NCBI GenBank assembly: GCA_038046645.1
Contig: JBBSVU010000005.1
Location: 1-59,886, forward strand
DNA length: 59,886 bases
Origin: an archaeon
GTDB lineage: Archaea > Iainarchaeota > Iainarchaeia > Iainarchaeales > 0-14-0-20-34-12
Direction: 5' to 3'
Made by a program: the position numbers and the translations under genes. This document shows, piece after piece, positions 18,858 through 28,268 of this stretch; position 1 is the first letter of the stretch, and each line of letters opens with the position of its first letter. The notes below the pieces were generated by a model that was given only the letters and a program-made list of their open reading frames with translations, made no database searches and had not been told where the DNA came from.

Positions 18858-19388
18858 ATGGGAAAAGCAACAGAACTGCTTTCAGAAGAGCACAAATATA
18901 TTTTGAAGGTAATCGATTCCATGATAAAGGAATGTTCACTGGTGAAATCAGGAAAGAGCATTGACAAAACTTTCTTTTTGAATGCGATAGATTTCATAAG
19001 GAATTTTGCCGATAAATTTCATCATGCTAAAGAAGAAGATATTCTGTTTGTTGAGCTGTGTAGTGATGAATTAAACCTGCATTGCAACCCAATAGAGCAG
19101 ATGCTTTATGAGCACGGCCTTGGCAGGAATTTTGTCAAGGGTTTAGAACAGGCAATAAATTCTAATGATGCAAAAAAAGTGGTTGAAAATGCCCTGGGCT
19201 ATTCACAATTGCTGCAGGAGCACATATGGAAAGAAGACAATATCCTATATCCCATGGCTGATCAAGCCTTGCCTGAGAAGACTCAAAAATCAATTTTTGA
19301 GAGGTTTAAAAAAGTTGAATCAGAAAAATTTGCCAAAAATAGCATTAAAAATTATTGGGATTTTGCCGAGGAGTGCAAAAGGAGATGA
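18858..19388 (+). CDS. Hemerythrin HHE-domain protein
   Basis: LSEEH, FHHAKEEDILF, MLYEH and EHIWKEDNILYP. The start is moved to 18858. Confidence 0.92.
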   Translation: MGKATELLSEEHKYILKVIDSMIKECSLVKSGKSIDKTFFLNAIDFIRNFADKFHHAKEEDILFVELCSDELNLHCNPIEQMLYEHGLGRNFVKGLEQAINSNDAKKVVENALGYSQLLQEHIWKEDNILYPMADQALPEKTQKSIFERFKKVESEKFAKNSIKNYWDFAEECKRR

Positions 19389-19392
19389 TTTT

Positions 19393-19698
19393 ATGCATGA
19401 AACTTGGGTGAATGCAGAAAAGCAGATAGCATATTCAAAAAATGGAATCCTTAGCAAAGAACTTTTCAAAAGCAAAAGAATTAATATAACTTTATTTTGC
19501 ATGCATGCGGGCACAGAGATGTCTGAGCATACATCCACAAAGCAAGGTTTTGTTTATGTGCTTGAAGGTAAAGGCATTTTTGTTTTAAAAGGAGAGGAAA
19601 TCCCCATGAAAAAAGGCGTATTAGTGCATTTGGAAAAGAAAGCCATTCATGCTTTGAAAGCCGATAAAAATACGAGTTTTATACTTTATCTGTTCTGA
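19393..19698 (+). CDS. Cupin-domain protein
   Basis: GTEMSEHTS...VYVLEGKG...HLEKKAIHAL. The ATG at 19393 follows GGAG. Confidence 0.85.
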   Translation: MHETWVNAEKQIAYSKNGILSKELFKSKRINITLFCMHAGTEMSEHTSTKQGFVYVLEGKGIFVLKGEEIPMKKGVLVHLEKKAIHALKADKNTSFILYLF

Positions 19699-19758
19699 AT
19701 CATAGTTATTTTTCAAACATACTTTTTTAAATTGCAAATATTTTCTTATTATGATCAA

Positions 19759-21555
19759 ATGGTAATGGATTTTGCTTTAGTGTTTGATATTGGCTTGATA
19801 ATTATATTTGCAGGCTTGTTTAACATAATCGCGAGATTGCTGAAGCAGCCGCCTTTGCTTTCCTATATCATTGCAGGTATTGTTTTAGGGTCTATCTTTG
19901 TTGGGTCATTAAAGCTACAGCTTTTTGGCATGCCCTTAAGTGTTACAAACAAGGAAGAAATAATGCTTCTTTCGGAATTAGGCGTGGCATTCCTTTTGTT
20001 TTCTGTCGGAATAGAAACAAATTTTTCAAAAATAATCAGCTTTGCAAAAACCATATTGATTGGCACATTATTGCAGGTAGCTCTTACAGCGTTATTCTTT
20101 TATATTTTAGCAGTGCAATTTGCATTGTTGCCTTTTTACGAGGCATTGCTTGTCGGCTTAATACTTTCATTTTCTTCAACAATGCTCGTAGTAAAGATAC
20201 TGAGCGATAGCCATTCATTAGACACATTGCATGGCAGGTTGATGCTAGGCTTTCTTATCGTGCAGGATTGTATTGTAATCCTGCTGATGCCCGTATTTTC
20301 TTCATCTTCAGGTATTTTTAATCAAGCAATGCTAACTAATTTTGCTTTCTCTGGGTTAACTCTTTTGGTTTTGACTTATGTCCTCCTGAAGTATATATTT
20401 CCGCCATTGTTCAAATATGCCGTGCGTGATAAGAACAGCCTTTTCCTTCTTGCATTATCAATCTGCTTCGGCTTTATTTTTCTGTCAAAATATGTTTTTG
20501 ATATTCCTATGGTAATAGGTGCTTTTGTTGCCGGCTTATCGCTATCAACATTGCCTTATACTTATGAAATTTATGCAGAGATCCGAGGAGTAAGAGATTT
20601 ATTTGTAACAATATTTTTTGTCATGCTTGGCATGCAAATAAATTTTGTTTCAATTCTGCAAGAGCAGTATCTGTTGCTTATACTTCTCTGCTTGATTGTA
20701 ATATTTTTAGTCAAGCCTTTGATTCTGACAGGCCTTACTTTATTTGCAGGCTATGGCACCAGAATAGCATTGCTTGTGGGCTTCGGGTTAGCCCAATTGT
20801 CCGAATTTTCATTTGTGCTTGCCGGTGAAGGCCTAAAATCAGGGCTGCTTTCACAAGGAACCTTTTCAGTAGTTCTTATTGTTGTTGCAATTTCCATGGT
20901 TGTTACGCCATATATTTTCAATTATAAAAAAGCAATTGTTGGATTGTTTGATTCATTTTTTACTAAATTTAATATGTTTAATAATCAGAATTTTGAGAGG
21001 AAGATTGGCGAGTTGCAGGATTTTGAAAAAGTGTCTGATCATTTGGTGATTATTGGCGCAGGCACAATGGGGAATATTTTGTTAAACGGCCTCAAGGATA
21101 TACCTCTTGTGGTTTTAGACCATAATTCAGATCTTATACGCATGTTAAAGGCAAAAGGGGTAAATGCTGTTTACGGTGAAGCCCAAAATGACGAATTGTG
21201 GAAAAAATTAAATCTTAAGGCAGCCAGGGCTTTAATTGTTGTGATTCCAGAGGCAGATGTTTCTGCAGAAATAATAAAGTATGCCAAGACGGAAAATCAT
21301 AGGTTGCCCATATTCGGAAGAGCCCATTATTATACTGAAGGTTTGCAATTATATGACGCTGGCTGCGACTTTGTAATTATGCCGCATGTTGTTGGCTCAA
21401 ATGTCCTGCTCAAGAATCTGCTTTGTTTTATAAAAACAAAAAAACTGACTGAATGCAATGCCCTGCAGGATGAATTCATAAACTATTTGAAGGAAGCATC
21501 AAAGGATGAGCAGATGAAAAGCATTTTCAAATTCAGGAATAACCTGTTTGACTGA
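19759..21555 (+). CDS. CPA2/Kef-type cation:proton antiporter with C-terminal KTN(TrkA-N) domain
   Basis: About 13 TM helices with ELGVAFLLFSVGIE, SFSSTMLVVKIL, LIVQD and LAQLSEFSFV. C-terminal IIGAGTMG. Confidence 0.93.
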   Translation: MVMDFALVFDIGLIIIFAGLFNIIARLLKQPPLLSYIIAGIVLGSIFVGSLKLQLFGMPLSVTNKEEIMLLSELGVAFLLFSVGIETNFSKIISFAKTILIGTLLQVALTALFFYILAVQFALLPFYEALLVGLILSFSSTMLVVKILSDSHSLDTLHGRLMLGFLIVQDCIVILLMPVFSSSSGIFNQAMLTNFAFSGLTLLVLTYVLLKYIFPPLFKYAVRDKNSLFLLALSICFGFIFLSKYVFDIPMVIGAFVAGLSLSTLPYTYEIYAEIRGVRDLFVTIFFVMLGMQINFVSILQEQYLLLILLCLIVIFLVKPLILTGLTLFAGYGTRIALLVGFGLAQLSEFSFVLAGEGLKSGLLSQGTFSVVLIVVAISMVVTPYIFNYKKAIVGLFDSFFTKFNMFNNQNFERKIGELQDFEKVSDHLVIIGAGTMGNILLNGLKDIPLVVLDHNSDLIRMLKAKGVNAVYGEAQNDELWKKLNLKAARALIVVIPEADVSAEIIKYAKTENHRLPIFGRAHYYTEGLQLYDAGCDFVIMPHVVGSNVLLKNLLCFIKTKKLTECNALQDEFINYLKEASKDEQMKSIFKFRNNLFD

Positions 21556-21567
21556 AACAGAAATATG

Positions 21568-21602
21568 AAAAAATAAGAAAAAGAGAAGGGATTATCCCTT
21601 CT
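21568..21602 (-). terminator. Hairpin plus T-rich tail downstream of S-layer-like paralog 1
   Basis: agaaggga-tta-tcccttct beside aaaaataagaaaaag. A near-identical copy lies at 29456-29490. Confidence 0.65.
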
Positions 21603-21612
21603 GAAAACTAAT

Positions 21613-22431
21613 TTACTTTGTCAATGTTATTGTTTTGATTACTTTTCCATCTGGGTTAGTTGCGTTTATTGCATTTTCAAATGTAACAAACCAGTTTTGA
21701 GACCCTTTAGATACAATTCCTTTCCAACTGCTGTTATTTTTAAGGGTTATTACTTTTGGATTTTTAGATAATGTTACAAATACTTTACCATCCTCAGCTT
21801 GAATCCCAATCATTGACACATATACACTTGTCCCAAGCACTTTCTTGCTATTTTTACCTTCATTAAATATGTTTTCCATGAAAGTCCCTGTTGCAATAGT
21901 ATTCTCATCAATTTGCTTTCCAGTAACTTTTTCTTTTAGAGTGAGCGTAGCAACATATGCTTCATAACCGCCAAAGTTGTCTAATGTTATATCTTTTACT
22001 TTTATAACTAACTGCCTGTTAGCATACTTACCCGTTCCAATTAATTCGTTTAATACCTCGCCTTTATATAAAGTGACTTTGTCTGATTCGTTAATAAACA
22101 TATAAGTATGTGTAGAAGGCTTAGAGCCATACTTAGGGCTATATATACTTGAGTATAATCTATATGACGTTCCAAAAAATGGCACTGTTATATTATTGGC
22201 ATAATATGATTTTAAGCCGTAAAAATTTTCTGCTGGCAATCCCTGCCCAAATTCTATCTTATAGGTTATCAAACCATTATCTGTGTAATTTAAACTTTCT
22301 TTAACATTTTCAGTATATGCTGTATTGTTATATTTCTGCGCAATTGTCTGGTTTGATATTTCAAATGCACCCAAGCTTGAAAATAAAAACAAAAGCGCAA
22401 AACAAATCATAAAAAAATTATTAATTTTCAT
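21613..22431 (-). CDS. Secreted S-layer-like protein, paralog 1
   Basis: The second ATG (MKINN) follows a GGAGGT SD. Signal peptide, ITVPFFG motif, C-terminal WFVTF...KVIKTITLTK. Confidence 0.7.
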   Translation of the reverse strand: MKINNFFMICFALLFLFSSLGAFEISNQTIAQKYNNTAYTENVKESLNYTDNGLITYKIEFGQGLPAENFYGLKSYYANNITVPFFGTSYRLYSSIYSPKYGSKPSTHTYMFINESDKVTLYKGEVLNELIGTGKYANRQLVIKVKDITLDNFGGYEAYVATLTLKEKVTGKQIDENTIATGTFMENIFNEGKNSKKVLGTSVYVSMIGIQAEDGKVFVTLSKNPKVITLKNNSSWKGIVSKGSQNWFVTFENAINATNPDGKVIKTITLTK

Positions 22432-22440
22432 CTTATTTAC

Positions 22441-22507
22441 CTCCATTTTTTTAATTTGGTTGTGTTATATAATGAAGAATTAAGAGCGGTATATATATAT
22501 TGCTTAA
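22441..22507 (-). promoter_or_regulatory. Conserved leader/promoter with a (TA)n tract, shared with paralog 3
   Basis: 22441-22489 matches 30338-30386 at 48/49 nt, followed by an 11-nt TA tract and gcttaa. Confidence 0.8.
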
Positions 22508-22546
22508 GTATGCAATGAAAAGATAATGCACAGGTAGTGATATATT

Positions 22547-22574
22547 TAAATAATCTGGCTGCCAAGATTATTTA
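22547..22574. promoter_or_regulatory. Inverted repeat just upstream of the TA operon (candidate autoregulatory operator)
   Basis: taaataatct-ggctgcca-agattattta. Confidence 0.55.
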
Positions 22575-22581
22575 GATACAA

Positions 22582-22842
22582 ATGGATATTGTCTGGACTA
22601 GGCATGCAAGGGAAAAGTTCCTTGAACGCTCCCTAAAATATGACATAAACTATGCTGAAGTTGACATTCAAATAAAAGCGCAGAAGGTAAAGCAAAAACA
22701 GTTACACGGTACAATTAAAACAGTGTTTGAATTAAAGGACACTATTTTTACTGTGATAAAAGAAGAAACAAAAAAGTTGATTAATGTTGTGAGTATTTGG
22801 GAATCAAATGAGGCGGAGGTTGAATTATGGAAGAAAAAATAG
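22582..22842 (+). CDS. DUF4258/RelE-like toxin
   Basis: MDIVWTRHAREK N-terminus and VVSIW C-terminus. Overlaps the downstream zinc-finger gene. Confidence 0.7.
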   Translation: MDIVWTRHAREKFLERSLKYDINYAEVDIQIKAQKVKQKQLHGTIKTVFELKDTIFTVIKEETKKLINVVSIWESNEAEVELWKKK

Positions 22843-23156
22843 CCTGTGTTTTTTGTAAAGGGGAAGCTAATGTTGCTTTTGAAGAATTGAACCTTTTGAA
22901 TGGGAAAATAACCTTGAGGAATCAGCCATATTACAGATGCAACAAATGTAAAAAAGAATTTGTGACTCCAGAACAAATGCTACAAGCAGAAAAAGAGCTG
23001 AAAACACATTTTGCTTTCAATAGGCCAGTCATTTCTACTGGGAGAAGCCTTGCAATAACCTTGCCCACAGACCTTGTGGCTTTTTATAAATTAAAGAAAG
23101 GGACTACTGTGAAATTAGTTCCAGAGGATAACAAAACAGTAAAACTAGTCATTTAG
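22827..23156 (+). CDS. YgiT/MqsA-type zinc finger fused to an AbrB-like domain (antitoxin)
   Basis: CVFC...YRCNKCKKEF, then ISTGRSLAITLPTDLVAFYKLKKG. Confidence 0.75.
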   Translation: MEEKIACVFCKGEANVAFEELNLLNGKITLRNQPYYRCNKCKKEFVTPEQMLQAEKELKTHFAFNRPVISTGRSLAITLPTDLVAFYKLKKGTTVKLVPEDNKTVKLVI

Positions 23157-23157
23157 A

Positions 23158-23808
23158 TTAAGTTTTCATTTTTTCAACAGTTTTTTTCATATCCCCTGCC
23201 TTGAATAAAGCAGAGCCTGAGATGAGCATTGTTGCCCCTGCTTTTTTGCTGCCTTCAGCATTTTCTTCATTTATTCCGCCGTCGATTGCAATTTCAACAT
23301 TTAATTTTTGCCTTTCAATCTCTTTTTTTATGTTTTTTACTTTCTGCAATGCCTTTGCATTGAATTCTTGGCCAGAAAATCCGGCATTGACTGACATTAC
23401 CAATATAAAATCAGCATATTTCAAATAAGGGTAAACTTTTTTCTCATTTACCTTTGCATTTACGACCAAGCCGGCCTTGCAGCCTGTTGATTTTATTTTT
23501 TGAAGCAATTTTTTTGGATTTTTTGAGGTTTCCACATGGAAACTTAAATAATCAGCCCCGCTTTTTATGAATTTATCCAAATATTTTTCAGGGTTTGAAA
23601 TCATCAAATGGACATCAAAGGGCAATTTTGTTTTATCCCTAATTTTTTCAATAATTGGGAATCCAAAGCTAATATTTGGCACATAGTTGCCGTCCATTAT
23701 GTCTAAATGCAAGCCATCAACATTTGCTTCTTCCAATCTTTTTATCTCTTTTTCCAAGCAGGAAAAATCTGCTGAAAGCAATGATGCAAAAACTTTTATT
23801 TTTCCCAT
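23158..23808 (-). CDS. rpe: Ribulose-phosphate 3-epimerase
   Basis: ASLLSADF, HLDIMDGNYVPN, DVHLM, VMSVNAGFSGQ and IDGGIN. Confidence 0.96.
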   Translation of the reverse strand: MGKIKVFASLLSADFSCLEKEIKRLEEANVDGLHLDIMDGNYVPNISFGFPIIEKIRDKTKLPFDVHLMISNPEKYLDKFIKSGADYLSFHVETSKNPKKLLQKIKSTGCKAGLVVNAKVNEKKVYPYLKYADFILVMSVNAGFSGQEFNAKALQKVKNIKKEIERQKLNVEIAIDGGINEENAEGSKKAGATMLISGSALFKAGDMKKTVEKMKT

Positions 23809-23830
23809 TTTACCATCTTTCTAATGTTAT

Positions 23831-24787
23831 TTATTGCAGTTTTCTGTTTTTCAATTCTTCTTTTATGGAATCAACAATCCAATTATACGAAAGGCCATAC
23901 TTTTTATATAAATCATCGCCTGTGGCTGATTCAGTGAATTTGTCCTGAATCCCGATTCTTACAACCCTGCAAGGATTGTTTTCTGAAAGCACTTCACAAA
24001 CAGCTCCGCCTAATCCACAGTTTACCTGATGGTCTTCAGCAGTAATAATTAATCCGGTTTCCTTGGCTTTCTGCACAATAAGTTTTTCATCTATTGGTTT
24101 TATTGAAGCCATATCAATTACACAAGCGTCAATTTTCTCTTTTTTTAATTCTTCCCTAGCTTTTAATGCTTCAAACAGTATTTTTCCTGTTGCAATTATT
24201 GTTACATCTTTCCCTTCTTCCGCAATTGTTCCTTTGCCTAACTTAAATTCATAATTTTTTCCAAAATAAACAGGTGTTTTTGCCCTGCACAATCTCAAAT
24301 AGAAAGGACCCTTAGAATTAATCATGCATTCTGTTGCCTGCATAGCCTCAGTTTTATCTGCAGGGCATATAACTTTCATGTTTGGAATGACCCTCATTAA
24401 TGCAATGTCCTCTGTTGCATGGTGGCTTGGCCCATCCTCTCCTGTTGCTAAACCAGCATGGCTTGCCCCGATTTTAACATTTAAATTTGCATAGCATACG
24501 CTTGTTCTTATCTGGTCAAAAGCCCTGCCTGATGCAAATATGGCAAATGTTGAAGCAACAGCAATTTTTCCGCTAGCAGCTAAACCCGCAGCTATTCCTA
24601 TCATATTCTGCTCTGCTATGCCTACATTAAAAAAGCGGTCAGGGAATTTCTTTGCAAAGTATGCTGTGCATGTTGAACCTGAAAGGTCTGCATCCAAAAC
24701 AACAATGTTTTTATTTTCAGCGCCAAGCTCAGCAAGCTTTAATCCATATGCTTCCCTTGTGCTCATTTCTTCAATCTTTTCTGCCAT
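23831..24787 (-). CDS. Transketolase, C-terminal subunit
   Basis: LDADLSGST, NVGIAEQNM, GEDGPSHHATED and TAEDH. Confidence 0.96.
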   Translation of the reverse strand: MAEKIEEMSTREAYGLKLAELGAENKNIVVLDADLSGSTCTAYFAKKFPDRFFNVGIAEQNMIGIAAGLAASGKIAVASTFAIFASGRAFDQIRTSVCYANLNVKIGASHAGLATGEDGPSHHATEDIALMRVIPNMKVICPADKTEAMQATECMINSKGPFYLRLCRAKTPVYFGKNYEFKLGKGTIAEEGKDVTIIATGKILFEALKAREELKKEKIDACVIDMASIKPIDEKLIVQKAKETGLIITAEDHQVNCGLGGAVCEVLSENNPCRVVRIGIQDKFTESATGDDLYKKYGLSYNWIVDSIKEELKNRKLQ

Positions 24788-24809
24788 TTTTACACAACCT
24801 TTTTAAAAA

Positions 24810-25682
24810 TTAACCAATTTCCTTTATTATAATATCAATTTCTTTCAATGCTTTTTCCAGCATTTCCTTATTCAGTGCTTTTCCGTGCCAATCGCAGGAA
24901 TTTTCCATGAAAGAAACTCCTTTGCTTTTTATCGTTTCAAGCAATATCATTGTAGGCCTTGAGGCATTTTTAGTAAATTCTAACGTATCAAGGATTTGTT
25001 CAACATTATGGCCATTTATTTTGTAAACATTCCATCAGAATGATTTAAATTTGTCTTCAATCGGCTCGACATTCATGATGTCTTTTACGCAGCCATCTAT
25101 TTGCAATCTATTATGGTCTACAAATGCGATTAAATTATTCAGTTTGAAATGGCTAGCCGCCATTGCAGCTTCCCATATCTGGCCTTCCTGTATTTCTCCA
25201 TCTCCCAAAATCACAAAAGTTCTGTAATTCAATTTATCTATTTTTCCTGCCAAAGCAATTCCTACAGCCTGTGAAAATCCCTGACCTAATGAACCAGTGT
25301 TAACTTCAATTCCTGCGGTTTTGTTTCTGTCAGGGTGCCCTTGCAGCATATGATCTATTTTTCTCAAATAATCCAATTCTTCTTTTGGAATTATCCCTAA
25401 TTTGGCAAGAGCAGCATATTGTATCGGAGCGCAATGCCCCTTGCTTAAAACTAAGCGATCTCTTTCCTTGCTTTTCAATAAATCTTTGTTGAAATTCATC
25501 TCATGAAAATATAAACAAGTAATTATTTCCGCAATGGATAATGAACCACCAGGATGCCCTGAATTTGCTAAAGTAATCATTCTTAAGGAATCTTTCCTTA
25601 ATTCATTAGCTATTATTTTCAGTTTTTTTATTTCAACTGCTTTTTCTTCTACCTTATTCATAATGATCTTAAAAATATTCAA
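24810..25682 (-). pseudogene. Transketolase N-terminal subunit with an in-frame TGA at 25035-25037
   Basis: HPGGSLS, SKGH, GSLGQG and GDGE...EG are intact. KSF*WNV (normally FGW) continues in frame through ETIKSKGVSFME..WHGKA to a TAA at 24810. Confidence 0.85.
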
Positions 25683-26336
25683 TTAAATTGTTGCGCCTTT
25701 TACTTTCTTCCAGTCTTCAAGGAATTTCGCTATTCCCTCGTCTGTCTTCTGGTGTTTTAACATTTCTTCAATTATTTCTGGCGGAACAGTGATTGCATCC
25801 GCTCCATAAATTGCTGCCCTTCTTATATGTTCCAATTTTCTCACTGATGCAACTAATATTTTTGTTTTAAATCCGTAATTTTTATATGCTTTTACCATAT
25901 CTTCAATCAAAAGCATTCCATCTTGTCCAATATCGTCCAAGCGGCCAACAAACGGACTTATAAAAGTAGCGCCGGCTTTTGCAACAAGCAATGCCTGTGT
26001 TAATGAGAATACTAAAGTACAATTAGTTTTGATCCCTAATTTTGAACATTCTTTTATTGCAATTAGGCCTTCAGCAGTGCATGGTACTTTAACAACAATA
26101 TTTTTGTGAATCTTGCTTATTTTTTTTGCTTCCTCAATCATGCCTTTTGCATCTAATGCAATTACCTCAACGCTAATTGGGCCATCTACAACCTTGCAAA
26201 TGGCGTTTACTGCATCTTTAAAGCTTAAAGACTGTTTAGCCATTAATGATGGATTTGTTGTTACCCCATCAATACAGCCCATGCTGTTTAATCTTTTAAT
26301 CTTTTCAACATCAGCAGAATCCACAAAAAGCAACAT
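25683..26336 (-). CDS. tal: Transaldolase (TalC/FSA family)
   Basis: FVDSAD, GVTTNPSL, VVKVPCT, NCTLVFS and SPFVGRLDD. Confidence 0.95.
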   Translation of the reverse strand: MLLFVDSADVEKIKRLNSMGCIDGVTTNPSLMAKQSLSFKDAVNAICKVVDGPISVEVIALDAKGMIEEAKKISKIHKNIVVKVPCTAEGLIAIKECSKLGIKTNCTLVFSLTQALLVAKAGATFISPFVGRLDDIGQDGMLLIEDMVKAYKNYGFKTKILVASVRKLEHIRRAAIYGADAITVPPEIIEEMLKHQKTDEGIAKFLEDWKKVKGATI

Positions 26337-26460
26337 AATTAACCCCCAAACGCATTAACCCAATCATAAATGAATGAAAAATTTATTTAAATACTATGTT
26401 AATTTAAAATATTAGGTAATAAGAGTATATTGTGGTAATAACGCTATAAAGAGGGATAAC

Positions 26461-26640
26461 ATGGATTTTTCAGATTATTTGAAAAAAGGCAATAGGAAAT
26501 TAGGCGGAGTAAGGCCTGTTAGACGGTGTTTGTATTGCAGCAAGGAGCTTGATAGGCAATTAGATCATCTCTACTTGCAAGGATTCTGCACAACTTCATG
26601 CAAAAGCAAGTATATTGATGAAGTGCAGAATCAGCAGTAA
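26461..26640 (+). CDS. Small TRASH-like zinc-binding protein (59 aa), missing from the ORF track
   Basis: MDFSDYLKKGNRKLGGVRPVRRCLYCSKELDRQLDHLYLQGFCTTSCKSKYIDEVQNQQ*, with CxxC...FCxxxC and GAGGG upstream. Confidence 0.65.
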   Translation: MDFSDYLKKGNRKLGGVRPVRRCLYCSKELDRQLDHLYLQGFCTTSCKSKYIDEVQNQQ

Positions 26641-26649
26641 CTTTTAATT

Positions 26650-26685
26650 AAAAATAAGAAAAAAAGATGGAATAAATCCATCTTT
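26650..26685 (-). terminator. Hairpin plus T-rich tail downstream of paralog 2
   Basis: aaagatgga-ataaa-tccatcttt beside aaaataagaaaa. Confidence 0.6.
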
Positions 26686-26691
26686 ACTATT

Positions 26692-27501
26692 TTATTTTGT
26701 TAATATTATTGTTTTTATTACTTTCACCTGTGGAGTAGTTCCCTGTGTTACTGCACCAAATTCAATGTTCCATCCTGGAATAGATCCACTACCTGATTTT
26801 AGAGTGTATATTTTGTCGTTAGTTTGCTGAAGTTCTTTGCCTAGGTCTGTCCCACTCACTGCACTGTTTATTTTATCAATTACATTACCCTTAATATCTT
26901 GTAATTGAAACTCTGCAAACCATATAACGTCATCTCCATCCCCTTCATCATATACATTAGTGAGTACAATAACTAGTTTTTGACCTGCATAAGTTCCAGT
27001 TCCATCTACCATAAGAGATTCATCATCATAAATTGTTTTGCTTACTCCATTCACTTTTAACCAAGCAGCATATTTATTATTCTCCATTCCAACATCAACT
27101 ACTTTAACATCATTCGAAATAACTTTGCTTTCTCCAATTTTTTTGTAAACTTTTATTTCTTGAGCCATATTACTAGTTTCATCCCCATATGCTTCCATAA
27201 GGGTAAATGTTGTCCCAAATAAAGGAATTGTGATATTGTCCATTTCCTTATCCCATTTGAATTTATTTGCTTGAGACATGGTTTGATTAGCCTTTTCAGT
27301 TAAAGGAATGCCATTTTTGAATGTTATTTTATATTTCATAATTATGTCACTTGAAAAGTTAAGTTCTCCCCTTATCTTATCCGAGTAAGTTGTGCCATTA
27401 AATTTTTGGGCATATGTCTTATTTGTTAGAGTAAATGCACTTACGCTTGAAATTAAAACCAAAAGCGCAAAAGAAATCAGTAAAATATTTCTAATTTTCA
27501 T
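26692..27501 (-). CDS. Secreted S-layer-like protein, paralog 2
   Basis: MKIRNILLISF signal peptide, ITIPLFG motif, C-terminal WNIEFG...KVIKTIILTK. Confidence 0.7.
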   Translation of the reverse strand: MKIRNILLISFALLVLISSVSAFTLTNKTYAQKFNGTTYSDKIRGELNFSSDIIMKYKITFKNGIPLTEKANQTMSQANKFKWDKEMDNITIPLFGTTFTLMEAYGDETSNMAQEIKVYKKIGESKVISNDVKVVDVGMENNKYAAWLKVNGVSKTIYDDESLMVDGTGTYAGQKLVIVLTNVYDEGDGDDVIWFAEFQLQDIKGNVIDKINSAVSGTDLGKELQQTNDKIYTLKSGSGSIPGWNIEFGAVTQGTTPQVKVIKTIILTK

Positions 27502-27597
27502 TTTATTTCCCTCCATTTTTAATTTTGTTGTGTTATATAGTAAAGAATTAGGTTCAGCTTATATTTGTTTTGATATGCTAATCTGAGAAAATTGCGA

Positions 27598-28116
27598 TTA
27601 CTTTTTCTTATTTAGAGTAATCTCAAGGATTCCGTTCTTAAAACTGGTTCTCAAGCTTTTTTTGTCAATATCCGCAGGAAGCTCAACATTTTTGGAAAAG
27701 GTTCTTGTGCCGTCATTTGCATTGATTGCAATAAGCGAATCATTTTCAACATTTATTTTTACATCTTTTTCAGTCATTCCCTGCATATCTGCGATTATTG
27801 ATAGTTTATCTCCCAAATCATGAATATCTGCAAGAGGTTCATTAACATCTGTTGTTTTGTTAGGCATAACCCTTGATTTTTGCACATTGGCCTGGCTTCC
27901 GTCCATTGTCCTGATAGTTTTATTCCCGTTTTTATCAACCTTTATTGAAACACTGAAAAAATTTGGCTTTCCGGATTGCATACTTTGTGAAGACATCATG
28001 TCTTTCATTAACGTATCCATCTGCTTTTCAATTTCCTCAAGGTTTATGTTGAACCTGAAGATATTTTCCTTATCCTCAATGCCATTCTTTTTCTTTTTCT
28101 CAAAAAAATCAAACAT
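27598..28116 (-). CDS. Archaeal small heat-shock protein (Hsp20)
   Basis: EPLADIHD...IADMQGM...FSKNVELP...SFKNGILEITLNK alpha-crystallin domain. Confidence 0.9.
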   Translation of the reverse strand: MFDFFEKKKKNGIEDKENIFRFNINLEEIEKQMDTLMKDMMSSQSMQSGKPNFFSVSIKVDKNGNKTIRTMDGSQANVQKSRVMPNKTTDVNEPLADIHDLGDKLSIIADMQGMTEKDVKINVENDSLIAINANDGTRTFSKNVELPADIDKKSLRTSFKNGILEITLNKKK

Positions 28117-28127
28117 ATTAATCAACT

Positions 28128-28204
28128 TAAAGTGTCGAACATCTATTAATATATGTTGTCAAACTATTAAATTATTTATTTATTGATAATTATTCGACAC
28201 TTTA
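28128..28204. promoter_or_regulatory. Perfect 12-bp inverted repeat upstream of hsp20
   Basis: taaagtgtcgaa (28128-28139) and ttcgacacttta (28193-28204), with a partial copy tgtcaaa between them. Confidence 0.6.
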
Positions 28205-28268
28205 TAAGGGTTTACTTATTAAAAACGTTTTTACCACGTACATAATTCAAAATTCCCTTGTGCATTTT

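Noticed and set aside
25035-25037. UGA-to-Gly genetic code reassignment (code 25-like)
   Set aside because: purC, purB, dph6 and others end at TGA at the expected family length. Only one internal TGA was seen.
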